Shown: positions 1 through 9,839 of the stretch, piece after piece
Numbering within the stretch: position 1 is the stretch's first letter
Layout of the letters: each line of letters begins with the position of its first letter
DNA from: Thermoplasmata archaeon
GTDB taxonomy: Archaea; Thermoplasmatota; Thermoplasmata; Thermoplasmatales; GCA-001856825
Reading direction: 5' to 3'
Length of the DNA stretch: 64,000 nucleotides
NCBI GenBank assembly: GCA_021792255.1
Contig: JAJYUZ010000003.1
Coordinates: 96,001 to 160,000, forward strand
Made by a program: the position numbers and the translations under genes
The notes under the pieces: model-generated
The model's database searches: none
The model's input: the letters and a program-made list of their open reading frames with translations, nothing else
Told to the model about the DNA's origin: nothing

Positions 1-461
1 GCCCGATGCAGAGGGCCTCTGGCATAAAGAGAGACCTCAGAAAGGATTCTCCTTACTTATTCTATGAAAAGATAAATTTTGAAATTCCCACCAGAACCGA
101 GGGAGACGTGTACGCGAGATTCCTCGTCAGAGTGGAAGAGATGAGACAGAGCGCGAGAATAGTGAAACAAGTGCTCGAGAAGTTACCCCAAGGGGATTTC
201 TACAACAAGAAGTATTCTAAACCGATGCTCGTGAGGCTCAAAGCAACTGGTGAGTCATACGTTCCGACGGAGTCTCCAAAAGGAGAGTTCGGCATCTACC
301 TAATCGGCGACGGCTCCTCCATCCCGTACAGAGTAAGGATTAGGAGTCCGAGCTTTGCAAACCTTTCCTCAATACCCACGATGCTCAAGGGATACAAGAT
401 AGCGGACCTTACGGCAGCCGTCAGTTCGGCAGATCCGGTGTTCGGTGAGGTGGATAGATGA
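1..461 (+). CDS. nuoD: NADH-quinone oxidoreductase-like subunit D, C-terminal part (truncated by window start)
   Basis: RASGIKRDLRK, ESPKGEFGIY, RVRIRSPSF and terminal DPVFGEVDR are the NuoD C-terminal motifs. Confidence 0.95.
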   Translation, partial: PMQRASGIKRDLRKDSPYLFYEKINFEIPTRTEGDVYARFLVRVEEMRQSARIVKQVLEKLPQGDFYNKKYSKPMLVRLKATGESYVPTESPKGEFGIYLIGDGSSIPYRVRIRSPSFANLSSIPTMLKGYKIADLTAAVSSADPVFGEVDR

Positions 462-1537
462 ACCTATTCTTCTTCCTGATGAGTATCCTGTATGGAATAG
501 TGAAGTTCCTTCACATCAATTTTATTCCCTTCACTTATCAGGGAGTGCCCGTAGGAATCTGGATTGCTTATTTCATCGTAGCTACGATCGAAGTGGTTCT
601 CGTATTCGCGTTCGCAATGCTGGCAGTAATCGTGATCATCTATGTCTTCAGAAAATACATGGCCGACGCGCAGAACAGAATAGGCCCGAACAGGGTTGGG
701 CCCTGGGGTACGCTACAACTGATAGCAGATGTGTTCAAACTCATCCAGAAGCAGGATATAATTCCAACCGCCGCGGACAGAACTGCGTTCTTGGTCGCAC
801 CATATCTTGTGTTCACTCCTGTCGTTCTTGGTTTCATCCTCATCCCGTTCGGCAGTGTTTCGATACTGAATCTGATGGTCGTGAATTTCAACTATACTAT
901 TCTCTTTTTGATCGCTTTTATGACGATTGCACCGGTCGGTGAGATAATCGGAGGGCTTGCGTCTCACAACAAATTCTCCCTGTACGGTGCACTGAGATCG
1001 GCAGCACAGGACGTCGGTTTTGAAGTTCCAATGCTGATATCGCTCATTTCCGTCATAGTGCTCGCAGGAAGCTATAATGCAAACGACATAGTGACTGCGC
1101 AGAGAATAGTTCCATTTATCGTTCCGGAGATCCTGGGATTCATCGTTTTCTTCTTGGCAATGATAGGAAGACAGTCGATCCCCCCGTTCGACCTACCAGA
1201 AAGCGGAAGCGAACTGGTGAGTGGATTTTCGACGGAGTACAGCGGGATGAGGTACGGAATATTCTACATGGCAAATTTTGGCTTCATGGCGCTGGCTTCC
1301 TTTGTGGTAGCCGTTATCTACCTAGGAGGGTGGGAGGGACCCATATTTCCCGGAACCATCTGGCTTGTAATCAAGGGAGCAGTTTTCATTTTCATATTCC
1401 TATTGACGTGGATATCTCTGGGTAGAGTGAGGATAGATCACCTGCTCAATATCGGGTGGAAGTATCTTCTTCCGCTTAGCATAATCAACCTGCTGATAAG
1501 TGCGGGCATTGCGCTATACTTTGGAGGTGTATTTTAA
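458..1537 (+). CDS. nuoH: Complex I subunit H
   Basis: AQNRIGPNRVGPWG..QLIADVFKL, PFDLPE..SELVSGF.TEYSG, RVRIDHLL..GWK; hydrophobic. Confidence 0.96.
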   Translation: MNLFFFLMSILYGIVKFLHINFIPFTYQGVPVGIWIAYFIVATIEVVLVFAFAMLAVIVIIYVFRKYMADAQNRIGPNRVGPWGTLQLIADVFKLIQKQDIIPTAADRTAFLVAPYLVFTPVVLGFILIPFGSVSILNLMVVNFNYTILFLIAFMTIAPVGEIIGGLASHNKFSLYGALRSAAQDVGFEVPMLISLISVIVLAGSYNANDIVTAQRIVPFIVPEILGFIVFFLAMIGRQSIPPFDLPESGSELVSGFSTEYSGMRYGIFYMANFGFMALASFVVAVIYLGGWEGPIFPGTIWLVIKGAVFIFIFLLTWISLGRVRIDHLLNIGWKYLLPLSIINLLISAGIALYFGGVF

Positions 1538-2011
1538 GTGTCAGATGCAGAAAAAATCCCAGGACCCATACAAGGAATTGCTGGGATTGTGAAGGGCATC
1601 TGGACCGTGTTCATGGAAGGCTTCAAACCGAAGGTGACGAGGCAGGTCCCGGAAGAGAAGTTGGAATATCCGGCCAGGACGACGGGGAGAGTTTTCCTGA
1701 ACGTTGAGAGCTGCATAGGCTGTACTCTCTGTGAGCAGATTTGCCCCAACGGTACAATCAGGATGGTGGATTTCCATCACGACAAGAAACAGGAATTCGA
1801 AAAGAAATATCCCAACAGGCGGGAGATCTATCCGAGCGTGGACGTGTCTACTTGCATCCACTGCAACCTGTGCGAAGAGATATGCCCTACTGGAGCAATA
1901 ACTCTCGAGGCAGATGTGGAAGAGGTTCACTTCAAGAGAAAAAATACTAGGTACACGCCCGAACAACTTCAAAAGAAAGAAGTTGAGCTATGGGGGGAGG
2001 AGAGGGAGTGA
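1538..2011 (+). CDS. nuoI: Complex I subunit I (2x[4Fe-4S])
   Basis: CIGCTLCEQICP and CIHCNLCEEICPTGAI ferredoxin motifs; follows nuoH; GTG start. Confidence 0.95.
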   Translation: MSDAEKIPGPIQGIAGIVKGIWTVFMEGFKPKVTRQVPEEKLEYPARTTGRVFLNVESCIGCTLCEQICPNGTIRMVDFHHDKKQEFEKKYPNRREIYPSVDVSTCIHCNLCEEICPTGAITLEADVEEVHFKRKNTRYTPEQLQKKEVELWGEERE

Positions 2012-2250
2012 TCGTCTTTTACATTCTTTCAATTTTGGCTATTGCTGCAGCAATGTTAGCTGCCTCCAGCAAGAATCTCCTTCACTCGACCCTGTGGTTG
2101 ACCTTCCTCGTGGTCGATGTAGCAGGCATATTCTTCTATCTCGAGAACTACTTTATTTCTGCAATTCAAGTGCTGGTCTACGCAGGTGCGATTATAACCC
2201 TGATTCTAACGTCTGTAATGCTCTCAAGGAGGTATCAAGATGAGGAGTAA
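2008..2250 (+). CDS. nuoJ: Complex I subunit J, N-terminal half (J1)
   Basis: NLLHSTLWL and QVLVYAGAI motifs; GTG start overlapping the nuoI stop (GTGA). Confidence 0.88.
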   Translation: MIVFYILSILAIAAAMLAASSKNLLHSTLWLTFLVVDVAGIFFYLENYFISAIQVLVYAGAIITLILTSVMLSRRYQDEE

Positions 2251-2479
2251 GTTTGCTGTCGTGCTTTCGATCCTGCTCTTCCTTATCATGATAACGTTCA
2301 TACAGTTCGGCTCATTCCCGAACGGAACCATTCCCGTTAACACCGGAACTCCTGGAAGTCCCGGAATAACCCAGTCGCTGTTCACCATCTACCTGCTTCC
2401 ATTCGAGATCGTCACTTTCCTTCTGGTAGCGGCCATGCTTGGTGCGATGTATCTGGGTGAGAGGGGTGAGAACAGATGA
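2240..2479 (+). CDS. nuoJ: Complex I subunit J, C-terminal half (J2)
   Basis: LFTIYLLPFEIVTFLLVAAMLGA matches the NuoJ C-terminal motif. Confidence 0.85.
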   Translation: MRSKFAVVLSILLFLIMITFIQFGSFPNGTIPVNTGTPGSPGITQSLFTIYLLPFEIVTFLLVAAMLGAMYLGERGENR

Positions 2480-2805
2480 ATCTTTCGAGCTTAATCTCCG
2501 CTCCCATGAACATAGGAGTCGTCGAATTTCTATCGATAGCAATACTTGCCATCGGCATCTATTCATTCCTGAGCTCGAGGACTGTCGTCAAGGCCCTTAT
2601 CTCCGTCGAGATCATGGTGAACGCCGGACTGATCAACCTGATCGGCGCTTCTAGCTACTACGGTAACGCAGCCGGTGCAGACATGACCCTGTTCGTTCTC
2701 GTAATCGCCGCAGCAGAAACCGTCGTCGCAATGGCACTGTTTGTCGCCGTCTTCCGTAAAAAGGGATCGGCCGGACTAGACGTCCTTAAACTCTTGAGGT
2801 GGTAA
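2476..2805 (+). CDS. nuoK: Complex I subunit K
   Basis: ISVEIMVNA and IAAAETVVAMAL motifs; ~110 aa, three hydrophobic segments. Confidence 0.93.
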   Translation: MNLSSLISAPMNIGVVEFLSIAILAIGIYSFLSSRTVVKALISVEIMVNAGLINLIGASSYYGNAAGADMTLFVLVIAAAETVVAMALFVAVFRKKGSAGLDVLKLLRW

Positions 2806-2807
2806 AA

Positions 2808-4658
2808 ATGGATCTATCTGTTCTTCTGACCTTTCTGATCTTTGGACTTCCTTTGATCGGTTTTCCGTTCGTGATAGGCATTGGGTATATCAAGAAAAAT
2901 TACTCAATGTATCTCGGGACTTCTCTCATTTTCCTTTCTTTCCTGATCTCCGTCTACGTTTTCTTCACATATACCGTTAAGGGAATTGCGATACTGTACA
3001 ACTTCAACTGGCTTCCCTCCCTCCCGGCCGTAATACCTGTAGGAGTCTATGCGGACAATCTGTCGATGATAATGGCCCTGATGGTATCGTTCGTCGGCTT
3101 CCTGATCATCTTGTTCTCAGTGGGTTACATGAAAGAGGATCCCAACAGGCACGTTTTCTTCGGTGAAATGGTCCTCTTCACTTCGTCGATGCTCGGACTG
3201 GTCCTGGCTTCTTCTCTCATTATGCTGTTCATATTCTGGGAGCTCGTTGGTCTCTGTTCTTACCTGTTGATAGGCTTCTGGTACTACAAGCCGAATGCTG
3301 CTTCCGCCGCAAAAAAGGCGTTCATCGTCACGAGAGTAGGAGACGTGTTCTTTATAGCAGGAATAGGCGCCGCTATCCTCTATTCTTCGGGCGGAGCTCT
3401 CTCCGTCGCGGGGTTGAGCTCGATCCATCTGGTTTGGCAGAAGACGATAGTCTCTCTTCTATTATTCGGAGGAGCCATAGGCAAGAGCGCTCAGTTCCCG
3501 TTGCACGTCTGGATCCCGGATGCCATGGAAGGGCCCACGACAGTTTCGGCCCTCATCCACGCTGCGACCATGGTCACCGCTGGAGTGTACCTGATAGCTA
3601 GGACTTACAGCCTCTTCACTCCAACCTCGCTGACCGTGGTGCTTTACGTGGGTGCATTCACCATCATTCTGTCCGGTTTGATTGGCATAGTGGTGAACGA
3701 TATCAAGCGTATACTCGCATACTCGACTATCAGCCAGATAGGATACATGGTCGCTGCACTTGGACTCGGGTTGGGTGCTACCAGCATTGGTCTCTCGATA
3801 TACCAGCTGGAGGCTCACGCCTTCTTCAAAGCGCTTCTCTTCCTCTCAGCGGGTTCAATTCTACACGCAATTCTGAACGTCAGGGATATCAACAAGATGG
3901 GTGGACTGTGGAAGAAGATGCCAATAACAGTCACTTCGATGTTCATCGGTGCTCTCGCACTCTCTGGATTTCCTCTCACCGCGGGTTTCTTCAGCAAGGA
4001 CGTCATAATCTCCACGAGCTATGGTGTTTCTATACTCGCGTGGATACTGCTTGCAATCGGCGGCTTCCTGACCGCACTCTACTCTTTCAGAATGTTTTTC
4101 AGGGTCGCTCTTGGAAAGCCAAGGAGCAACCCCGCGGAGCACGCACACGAATCGAGTACGATCATGCTCATCCCCATCCTGATACTCGCCGTGTTCAGTC
4201 TGATATTTGGAGTATTCCAGGGAGGGTTTTACACGTTCCTTGGAGGCAGCCCCGTATCCTTGTCGACCATGGACATCGTCCCGGTCGTCTTGATGCTAGG
4301 AGGTATGGGATTAGCCTACTTCGCGTGGGGAAGGAATTCCACCATCCCAGAAAAAGTTGCCAACGGAGCAAGGGATTTCTACCTCTTGGTTAAGAACAAA
4401 TTCTTTATCGACGCTTTCTTCACGAACGTCATTGCGGAACGAGGAATTCTTGGTCTTTCGGCGGTTTCTGATGGCTTTGAAAGGAAGGCAATAGAGGGTC
4501 TCGTTGATGCCTCGGGAAAACTCTTCCAGAATTCTGGTAAGGTCTTGCGGAAGTTCCAGACCGGGCTCGCGAGACAGTACGCTCTCATTATCCTGATCGG
4601 ACTGATCCTGGCACTAGTACTCCTGAGAATATTCATCTTGACGGGGGTGATACATTGA
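2808..4658 (+). CDS. nuoL: Complex I subunit L
   Basis: FIFWELVGLCSYLLIGFW, GKSAQFPLHVWIPDAMEGPTTVSALIHAATMV, HAFFKALLFL; ATG at 2808 (GTG 2799 possible). Confidence 0.97.
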   Translation: MDLSVLLTFLIFGLPLIGFPFVIGIGYIKKNYSMYLGTSLIFLSFLISVYVFFTYTVKGIAILYNFNWLPSLPAVIPVGVYADNLSMIMALMVSFVGFLIILFSVGYMKEDPNRHVFFGEMVLFTSSMLGLVLASSLIMLFIFWELVGLCSYLLIGFWYYKPNAASAAKKAFIVTRVGDVFFIAGIGAAILYSSGGALSVAGLSSIHLVWQKTIVSLLLFGGAIGKSAQFPLHVWIPDAMEGPTTVSALIHAATMVTAGVYLIARTYSLFTPTSLTVVLYVGAFTIILSGLIGIVVNDIKRILAYSTISQIGYMVAALGLGLGATSIGLSIYQLEAHAFFKALLFLSAGSILHAILNVRDINKMGGLWKKMPITVTSMFIGALALSGFPLTAGFFSKDVIISTSYGVSILAWILLAIGGFLTALYSFRMFFRVALGKPRSNPAEHAHESSTIMLIPILILAVFSLIFGVFQGGFYTFLGGSPVSLSTMDIVPVVLMLGGMGLAYFAWGRNSTIPEKVANGARDFYLLVKNKFFIDAFFTNVIAERGILGLSAVSDGFERKAIEGLVDASGKLFQNSGKVLRKFQTGLARQYALIILIGLILALVLLRIFILTGVIH

Positions 4659-6109
4659 TCTTCCAGCTTAGCTATCTCCTTCTGATCCTGGTCTTAGTTA
4701 TCCTGGCCTCGATAATCGCAAGGGGAAAGGTTCCAAGATACCTCACGATCCTGTTCTCCTCCATAGTTTTCTTCTTCGTGGTTCTAAACGACATGACCTT
4801 GACGAAGTTTGACTATGGAACCCTGTCAATTCTGTCACTCTCATTCCAGCTGAACTTTGTGAGTTCGGTATTACTCATACTCGTATCCTTCGTTGGGGTA
4901 TTCGTGGCGTTAAGGTACAGAAGTTCGCCTGGATTCTTCATACTACTCCAGTTTCTGTTCTTCTCCCTGATAGGTCTCTTCACCTCGAGAGACTTCATCG
5001 TCTTCTACATATTCTGGGAAATGGTCCTCATCCCCTCGTTCTTCGTCATAGGAATATGGGGAGGTAAGAACAAGAATTACGCAGCAATGAAGTTCTTCAT
5101 CTACACTCACGTCGGATCGGTTTTCATGCTTCTGGCAATATTCACGATGTTCTTTACGGAAGGTGCTTCCAACTTTTCTATGGTCACTCTGACATCCGGA
5201 TTCAGGCTCGTTCCCGCACCTTACCAGGCTTTCGTAATATTCGGCTTCCTATTCGCCTTCCTGATAAAACTCCCAACCGCTCCACTACACTCGTGGTTGC
5301 CTGATGCATACGTGGAAGCTCCCTCAGAGGGAACTGTGTTCATCTCTTCGCTCCTTTCGAAGATGGGTGCCTTTGGGTTGCTGGTCATATTCACCCCAAT
5401 TTTCCTGACATCTTCATTTTCTGGCAATTCCGCTGTTCCGATCGTGATCATTGCTCTCGGAATCTTCTCGTTGATTTACTCCGCTCTGGTCGCGCTATAC
5501 CAGAAGGACCTGAAGAGGATGATGAGCTACACCAGCATCGGTCACATGTCCTTCATCACTATAGCCGTCGGAGGGTTCCTCTATCTGAACGGGTCAAATC
5601 CACTAGCCTCTCAGCTTCTCTACTACGGTGCCGTGTTCCAGCTCATATCTCACGGAATCATAATAGCGATGATATTCGCCCTAGTCGATACGCTGGAAAA
5701 AGCCGCCGGGACTAGGCAGATACCCTCACTTGGTGGACTGGCAAGAAAACTGCCAGTTCTTTCGTTCCTCATCCTGGCTGCTTTCCTGGCTTCCGTCGCA
5801 ATTCCTGGGTTCTCAGGTTTTGTGGGGGAAATCTCCATTCTCCTAGGAGCCTACGCCGTCCTGAAGTACTACCTGATATTCGTGCTGATTGGAGTGGTGT
5901 TGACAGCATCCTATCACGTGTTCGCGCTTCAGAGGACTATTTTCGGACCCTATAACGAATTTCTCGGAAACATCAGCGCGAAGAGGGAAGAACTCATAGT
6001 GTCGATACTGCCACTGGCGTTGATCTTCATCCTCGGCATATACCCCGCGTTAATCTTCCACATATTCAACATTCAAGTGATCCAATTTTCTGGAGGGATT
6101 CATCCATGA
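4655..6109 (+). CDS. nuoM: Complex I subunit M
   Basis: FYIFWEMVLIP, IKLPTAPLHSWLPDAYVEAP, PGFSGFVGE; TTG start overlapping the nuoL stop. Confidence 0.96.
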   Translation: MIFQLSYLLLILVLVILASIIARGKVPRYLTILFSSIVFFFVVLNDMTLTKFDYGTLSILSLSFQLNFVSSVLLILVSFVGVFVALRYRSSPGFFILLQFLFFSLIGLFTSRDFIVFYIFWEMVLIPSFFVIGIWGGKNKNYAAMKFFIYTHVGSVFMLLAIFTMFFTEGASNFSMVTLTSGFRLVPAPYQAFVIFGFLFAFLIKLPTAPLHSWLPDAYVEAPSEGTVFISSLLSKMGAFGLLVIFTPIFLTSSFSGNSAVPIVIIALGIFSLIYSALVALYQKDLKRMMSYTSIGHMSFITIAVGGFLYLNGSNPLASQLLYYGAVFQLISHGIIIAMIFALVDTLEKAAGTRQIPSLGGLARKLPVLSFLILAAFLASVAIPGFSGFVGEISILLGAYAVLKYYLIFVLIGVVLTASYHVFALQRTIFGPYNEFLGNISAKREELIVSILPLALIFILGIYPALIFHIFNIQVIQFSGGIHP

Positions 6110-7518
6110 CAATATTGGGAAACTACGACTACCTTTGGAACGTGTTCATCCTGTTTATAGGCGCATTCGTTGTCCTGTTTACTAGTCTCGTTACCGAGAA
6201 GAGAGCCGTGTTGGTGACTATGGGAGCTGCGTTTGCTGTCGTCTCACTGATGCTGACGTTCGCTCAGTATTACGGTGGCGTTCCGATCGGAGGCACCCTG
6301 ATCTTCTTGACGGGTTACTCGAAACTATTTTTCATAGCAATCCTGATCCCCGGACTCCTGTCACTAATCGGTATCCTCAGGTCTCCCTCGAGCGCAAAAC
6401 CGGGTCTGATGATATTCATCTTTCTCGTGTCACTGGGATTCATGCTCCTGGCCATTTCTTCCTTCAATCTGTTGTTCATATTCGTCGCATTCGAAGGCGT
6501 TTCCATTCCCACTTACGTGCTCGCTGCTTACGGAAAATCTGAGAGCGAGCTTGAGGCCGCAATCAAGTACTTCATCATAGGTGCGTTCTCCACGGGACTC
6601 ATCATCTTCGGTATATCCCTCTATTACATTGCTACCGGTACCCTGCAGCTCGGAGCCGTCCCTAACTTCCACAGCATCTACTTCCTCTCAATGGGTCTGC
6701 TGATATTCGGACTTGGATTCAAGCTCGCGATATTCCCCCTGCACGGATGGGCCATAGACACTTACACTGGTACCTCCAATTCCATCTCTTCGTACCTGAG
6801 CACCAGCTCAAAGATCATGACGCTCATAGTCTTGCTTAACGTCCTCTTCACTTCCCCCCTCTTCTTTAGCTACCTGAAGATTATCTTTGCAATCATCGCA
6901 ATTCTCACGATGACTTTCGGCAACGTGGTCGCGATATCCCAGAACAACGTAAAGAGGATGCTGGCTTATTCATCGATTGCACAGGCCGGTTACCTTTCCG
7001 TAGTGTTTCTGGTCGCCGGTACAGGCGCCATAAATCTGGCACTAATCAGCCTCTTCATGTACGCACTTGCTTATGGGTTCATGAAGGGAGGATCCTTCCT
7101 CGCCCTGGACAGCTTGGGCAACTACGATATCGAGAACTTTTCAGGAATGTGGAAGAGGAACCCCGCTTACGCGGTATCTTTCGCGATACTCCTGCTCTCT
7201 CTGGCCGGCTTCCCGGGTACCCTGGGTTTCATAGGAAAATACTTCCTGTTCCTCTCGGTTCTATCTACCAAAACGGCCCTGGCATTTCTGGTCGTGATCA
7301 TTTCTGTCATCAATTCGGTTGCTTCCTTTTACTACTATGGCAGGGTGATAATGTACATGTTCTGGAGGAAGGGCACAGAAGAAAAGGTTCCGAACAATTA
7401 CATTCTTTATGCTTCCGCACTGTTCACCGTTCTTTTGGGAGTCCTTTATTTCGTCGTGTTTTCGTACGCGCAGAGCATCCTTCCTGCGATAACGACATTC
7501 CTATCTGGAGGGCTATAG
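6106..7518 (+). CDS. nuoN: Complex I subunit N
   Basis: EAAIKYF, FKLAIFPLHGW, NVKRMLAYSSIAQAGY, SLAGFPGTLGFIGK. Confidence 0.96.
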   Translation: MTILGNYDYLWNVFILFIGAFVVLFTSLVTEKRAVLVTMGAAFAVVSLMLTFAQYYGGVPIGGTLIFLTGYSKLFFIAILIPGLLSLIGILRSPSSAKPGLMIFIFLVSLGFMLLAISSFNLLFIFVAFEGVSIPTYVLAAYGKSESELEAAIKYFIIGAFSTGLIIFGISLYYIATGTLQLGAVPNFHSIYFLSMGLLIFGLGFKLAIFPLHGWAIDTYTGTSNSISSYLSTSSKIMTLIVLLNVLFTSPLFFSYLKIIFAIIAILTMTFGNVVAISQNNVKRMLAYSSIAQAGYLSVVFLVAGTGAINLALISLFMYALAYGFMKGGSFLALDSLGNYDIENFSGMWKRNPAYAVSFAILLLSLAGFPGTLGFIGKYFLFLSVLSTKTALAFLVVIISVINSVASFYYYGRVIMYMFWRKGTEEKVPNNYILYASALFTVLLGVLYFVVFSYAQSILPAITTFLSGGL

Positions 7519-7818
7519 ATGTTGGAACAGGCGTACTTCCAGATGTACGAGACAGAGATGATCGGAGGAGAGATCAAGAGAGCCGTTCACTTCCTGGAGA
7601 GAGCCTCAAAAGGCAAGGGTTTCTATTCTCAGGTCTCGCAAGTATTCCTCGATGCGCTGAAGAACCACACCGAACCGGAGGAAGTCAAGCAGAAGGTTAT
7701 GGACATCCAAGGCGATGAGGAAGAGAAACTCGCGATATACCTTAGATTCCTCTATTCGGTCAACAGGTACGACGTATCGTATCCAAAGTACGATTCAAAG
7801 AGGTGCGACGACAGATGA
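7519..7818 (+). CDS. Hypothetical soluble protein (99 aa) abutting nuoN
   Basis: ATG immediately after the nuoN TAG, preceded by GGAGG; natural amino-acid composition. Confidence 0.75.
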   Translation: MLEQAYFQMYETEMIGGEIKRAVHFLERASKGKGFYSQVSQVFLDALKNHTEPEEVKQKVMDIQGDEEEKLAIYLRFLYSVNRYDVSYPKYDSKRCDDR

Positions 7819-8024
7819 CTGAGGATTTCGAGCTGCTGCGCAAACTCAAGTTGGAAGGACAGGAGATCGTATTCTCTCAGGAGAAGAAAAGGATGATACT
7901 GCTGAGCGAATTGTGGGACAGCTCCAAGACCAAGATCATGGAAGAACTCTCCCAGAAATATGGCATAGAGAGCAGAGAGAAATTTCAGGAATTCAAGGAA
8001 AAGTACAACCTTACTGACTACTGA
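7815..8024 (+). CDS. Hypothetical small charged protein (~69 aa)
   Basis: ATGA overlap with the previous stop; E/K-rich helical composition. Confidence 0.7.
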   Translation: MTEDFELLRKLKLEGQEIVFSQEKKRMILLSELWDSSKTKIMEELSQKYGIESREKFQEFKEKYNLTDY

Positions 8025-8217
8025 ACGACTCGAGTGTCCTGCGAGTCTCATTGTATGGAATCTTCTTGTTGCCGGAGTGCATGTTTCCTTCCATCCAGGA
8101 ATCAAGATCCTCCTCGTTTCGAAGTCTAATCCTCTTTATTTCCCACAAGCAGTCATGACAATACAATCCAGAGACGACCACGCTACCGCATATTAAACAG
8201 TGGGAAGAAACCATCAT
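8011..8217 (-). CDS. Small putative zinc-binding protein
   Basis: CLICG...LYCHDC double CxxC; fills an otherwise empty gap. Confidence 0.6.
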   Translation of the reverse strand: MMVSSHCLICGSVVVSGLYCHDCLWEIKRIRLRNEEDLDSWMEGNMHSGNKKIPYNETRRTLESFSSQ

Positions 8218-8322
8218 GAGAAAAGGATGGACCGTTAATAAATTTTGTCTATCTCCTTTGAAGGAATGTCAAAAAAAATCATGCGTTAGCATTAATTTGA
8301 GAACGTAAAATGGACGCTCGAC

Positions 8323-8874
8323 TCAATCGCCCCATCTCTTTATCAGTTTATTTTCTACACCGATTATATCGAACACCCTTGAAGTCACGAAGCTCAACAG
8401 ATCCTCCAGCTTAGCCGGTCCGTGATAGAATCCTGGACTGGCAGGGAGGATGTAAGCACCGGCTTCTGAGAGGGTGAGGAGATTTCTCAGGTGTATCGTA
8501 CTTAGTGGCATTTCTCTGAACACAATCACCAATTTCCTCCTCTCTTTCAGAGCTATCGATGCCACTCTCGTAACTAGATTGTCTGAAATTCCAGCTGCTA
8601 TTTTGCCGATGGTGTTCATAGAAGCGGGAGCTATGATGAGCGCATCGTACTTGTGAGAACCTGATGCCACTGGTGACCCAAAATCGTCTTCGTCGTACGA
8701 TTCGTCTGCGTAACTCTTCAGGGTCTTTTCGTTAACTCTTCCTTTCAGTTCATATCTTGCAACTTCTAGCGCACCATTTGATATTATCAGGACCTTCTTA
8801 GAAGGAAGCTTCTTTAAAATATCCACTCCGTATGCTAAGCCAGATGCGCCCGTTATGGCCAAGACGTATTCCAT
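8323..8874 (-). CDS. ubiX: Flavin prenyltransferase UbiX/Pad1
   Basis: ITGASG, ASGS, IAPASMNT, LKERRKL..REMPL, PASPGFYH. Confidence 0.95.
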   Translation of the reverse strand: MEYVLAITGASGLAYGVDILKKLPSKKVLIISNGALEVARYELKGRVNEKTLKSYADESYDEDDFGSPVASGSHKYDALIIAPASMNTIGKIAAGISDNLVTRVASIALKERRKLVIVFREMPLSTIHLRNLLTLSEAGAYILPASPGFYHGPAKLEDLLSFVTSRVFDIIGVENKLIKRWGD

Positions 8875-8893
8875 GGTCGACTATCAACAAAGC

Positions 8894-9799
8894 CTATAGA
8901 TATTTTCTCAAGTCTTCTTCGTCGAAATACGCCGCTATTATTTTCTTGATGTAGTTGATTTTTTCGAATTCTGAGAGCGCCTGAATCGCATCTCTGACAT
9001 GTTGTAACATCATCTGAATAGATCTTTCGATTGCGTTCTTCTTGCTTTCCCCTTCATTTTCGAGAATCGACACTATGTTTGGCCTATTGAAAGCCTTGTC
9101 ATCGTTTCCCGGCCTCCTGCCGAGTTCGAAAGAGCCTATCGAGTTGATTACATCGTCCCTGACCTGGAATGCGATGCCTAGCGACTCCCCCGCCCTGGAA
9201 AGCCCACCGATTACACCTTCGCCCATTTTTTCGCTGACCGCTGCGATGCTTATGGAAGCGGAAATTAGAGATGCCGTTTTCTTCTTTGCGATCTCCATGT
9301 AATTTTCGTGCGTCATATTGATGCTCTTCCTCTGAGTGCAGAAGTCCATGGATTCCCCGTCGCACATGAGAAAAGCGGCTTCGGCTATCCTCTTGACTAC
9401 ATTCTCCCCATATGGAGCGGAAAGAGCAACTGCCCTCGAGATCAGAGCGTCGCCTGCAAGTATCGCATTTTCAATCCCATATCTCTTATGAACTGTTTCT
9501 ATTCCGCGTCTTGTGTCATCCTTGTCAATTATGTCATCATGGACCAGTGATGAGATATGGAGGTACTCAATCGCTATTGCTAGATTGACAAATTTCATAG
9601 AATTAAGTCCGACAGACTCGGCACCGACAAAAACCAACGTAGGTCTAAGTAGCTTCCCATTCACATTCAATAGGTGAAAGGTCGACTTTTCAAGGTTTTT
9701 GCTGGAAAAACTCCAGTAAAACTTTCCGCTTAGGTCATTCTTAACCTCTTGAAGTGCAACCATGGAATTTTCGCTTATGTGAAGCATATTCATGGACAC
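8894..9799 (-). CDS. trans-polyprenyl diphosphate synthase (probably long-chain)
   Basis: GKLLRP, SLVHDDIIDKDDTRRG (FARM), KKTASL, FQVRDD (SARM). Confidence 0.92.
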   Translation of the reverse strand: MSMNMLHISENSMVALQEVKNDLSGKFYWSFSSKNLEKSTFHLLNVNGKLLRPTLVFVGAESVGLNSMKFVNLAIAIEYLHISSLVHDDIIDKDDTRRGIETVHKRYGIENAILAGDALISRAVALSAPYGENVVKRIAEAAFLMCDGESMDFCTQRKSINMTHENYMEIAKKKTASLISASISIAAVSEKMGEGVIGGLSRAGESLGIAFQVRDDVINSIGSFELGRRPGNDDKAFNRPNIVSILENEGESKKNAIERSIQMMLQHVRDAIQALSEFEKINYIKKIIAAYFDEEDLRKYL

Positions 9800-9839
9800 C
9801 CCAATATCACAATAAAATAGTTAAATATTGTCTGATTAG

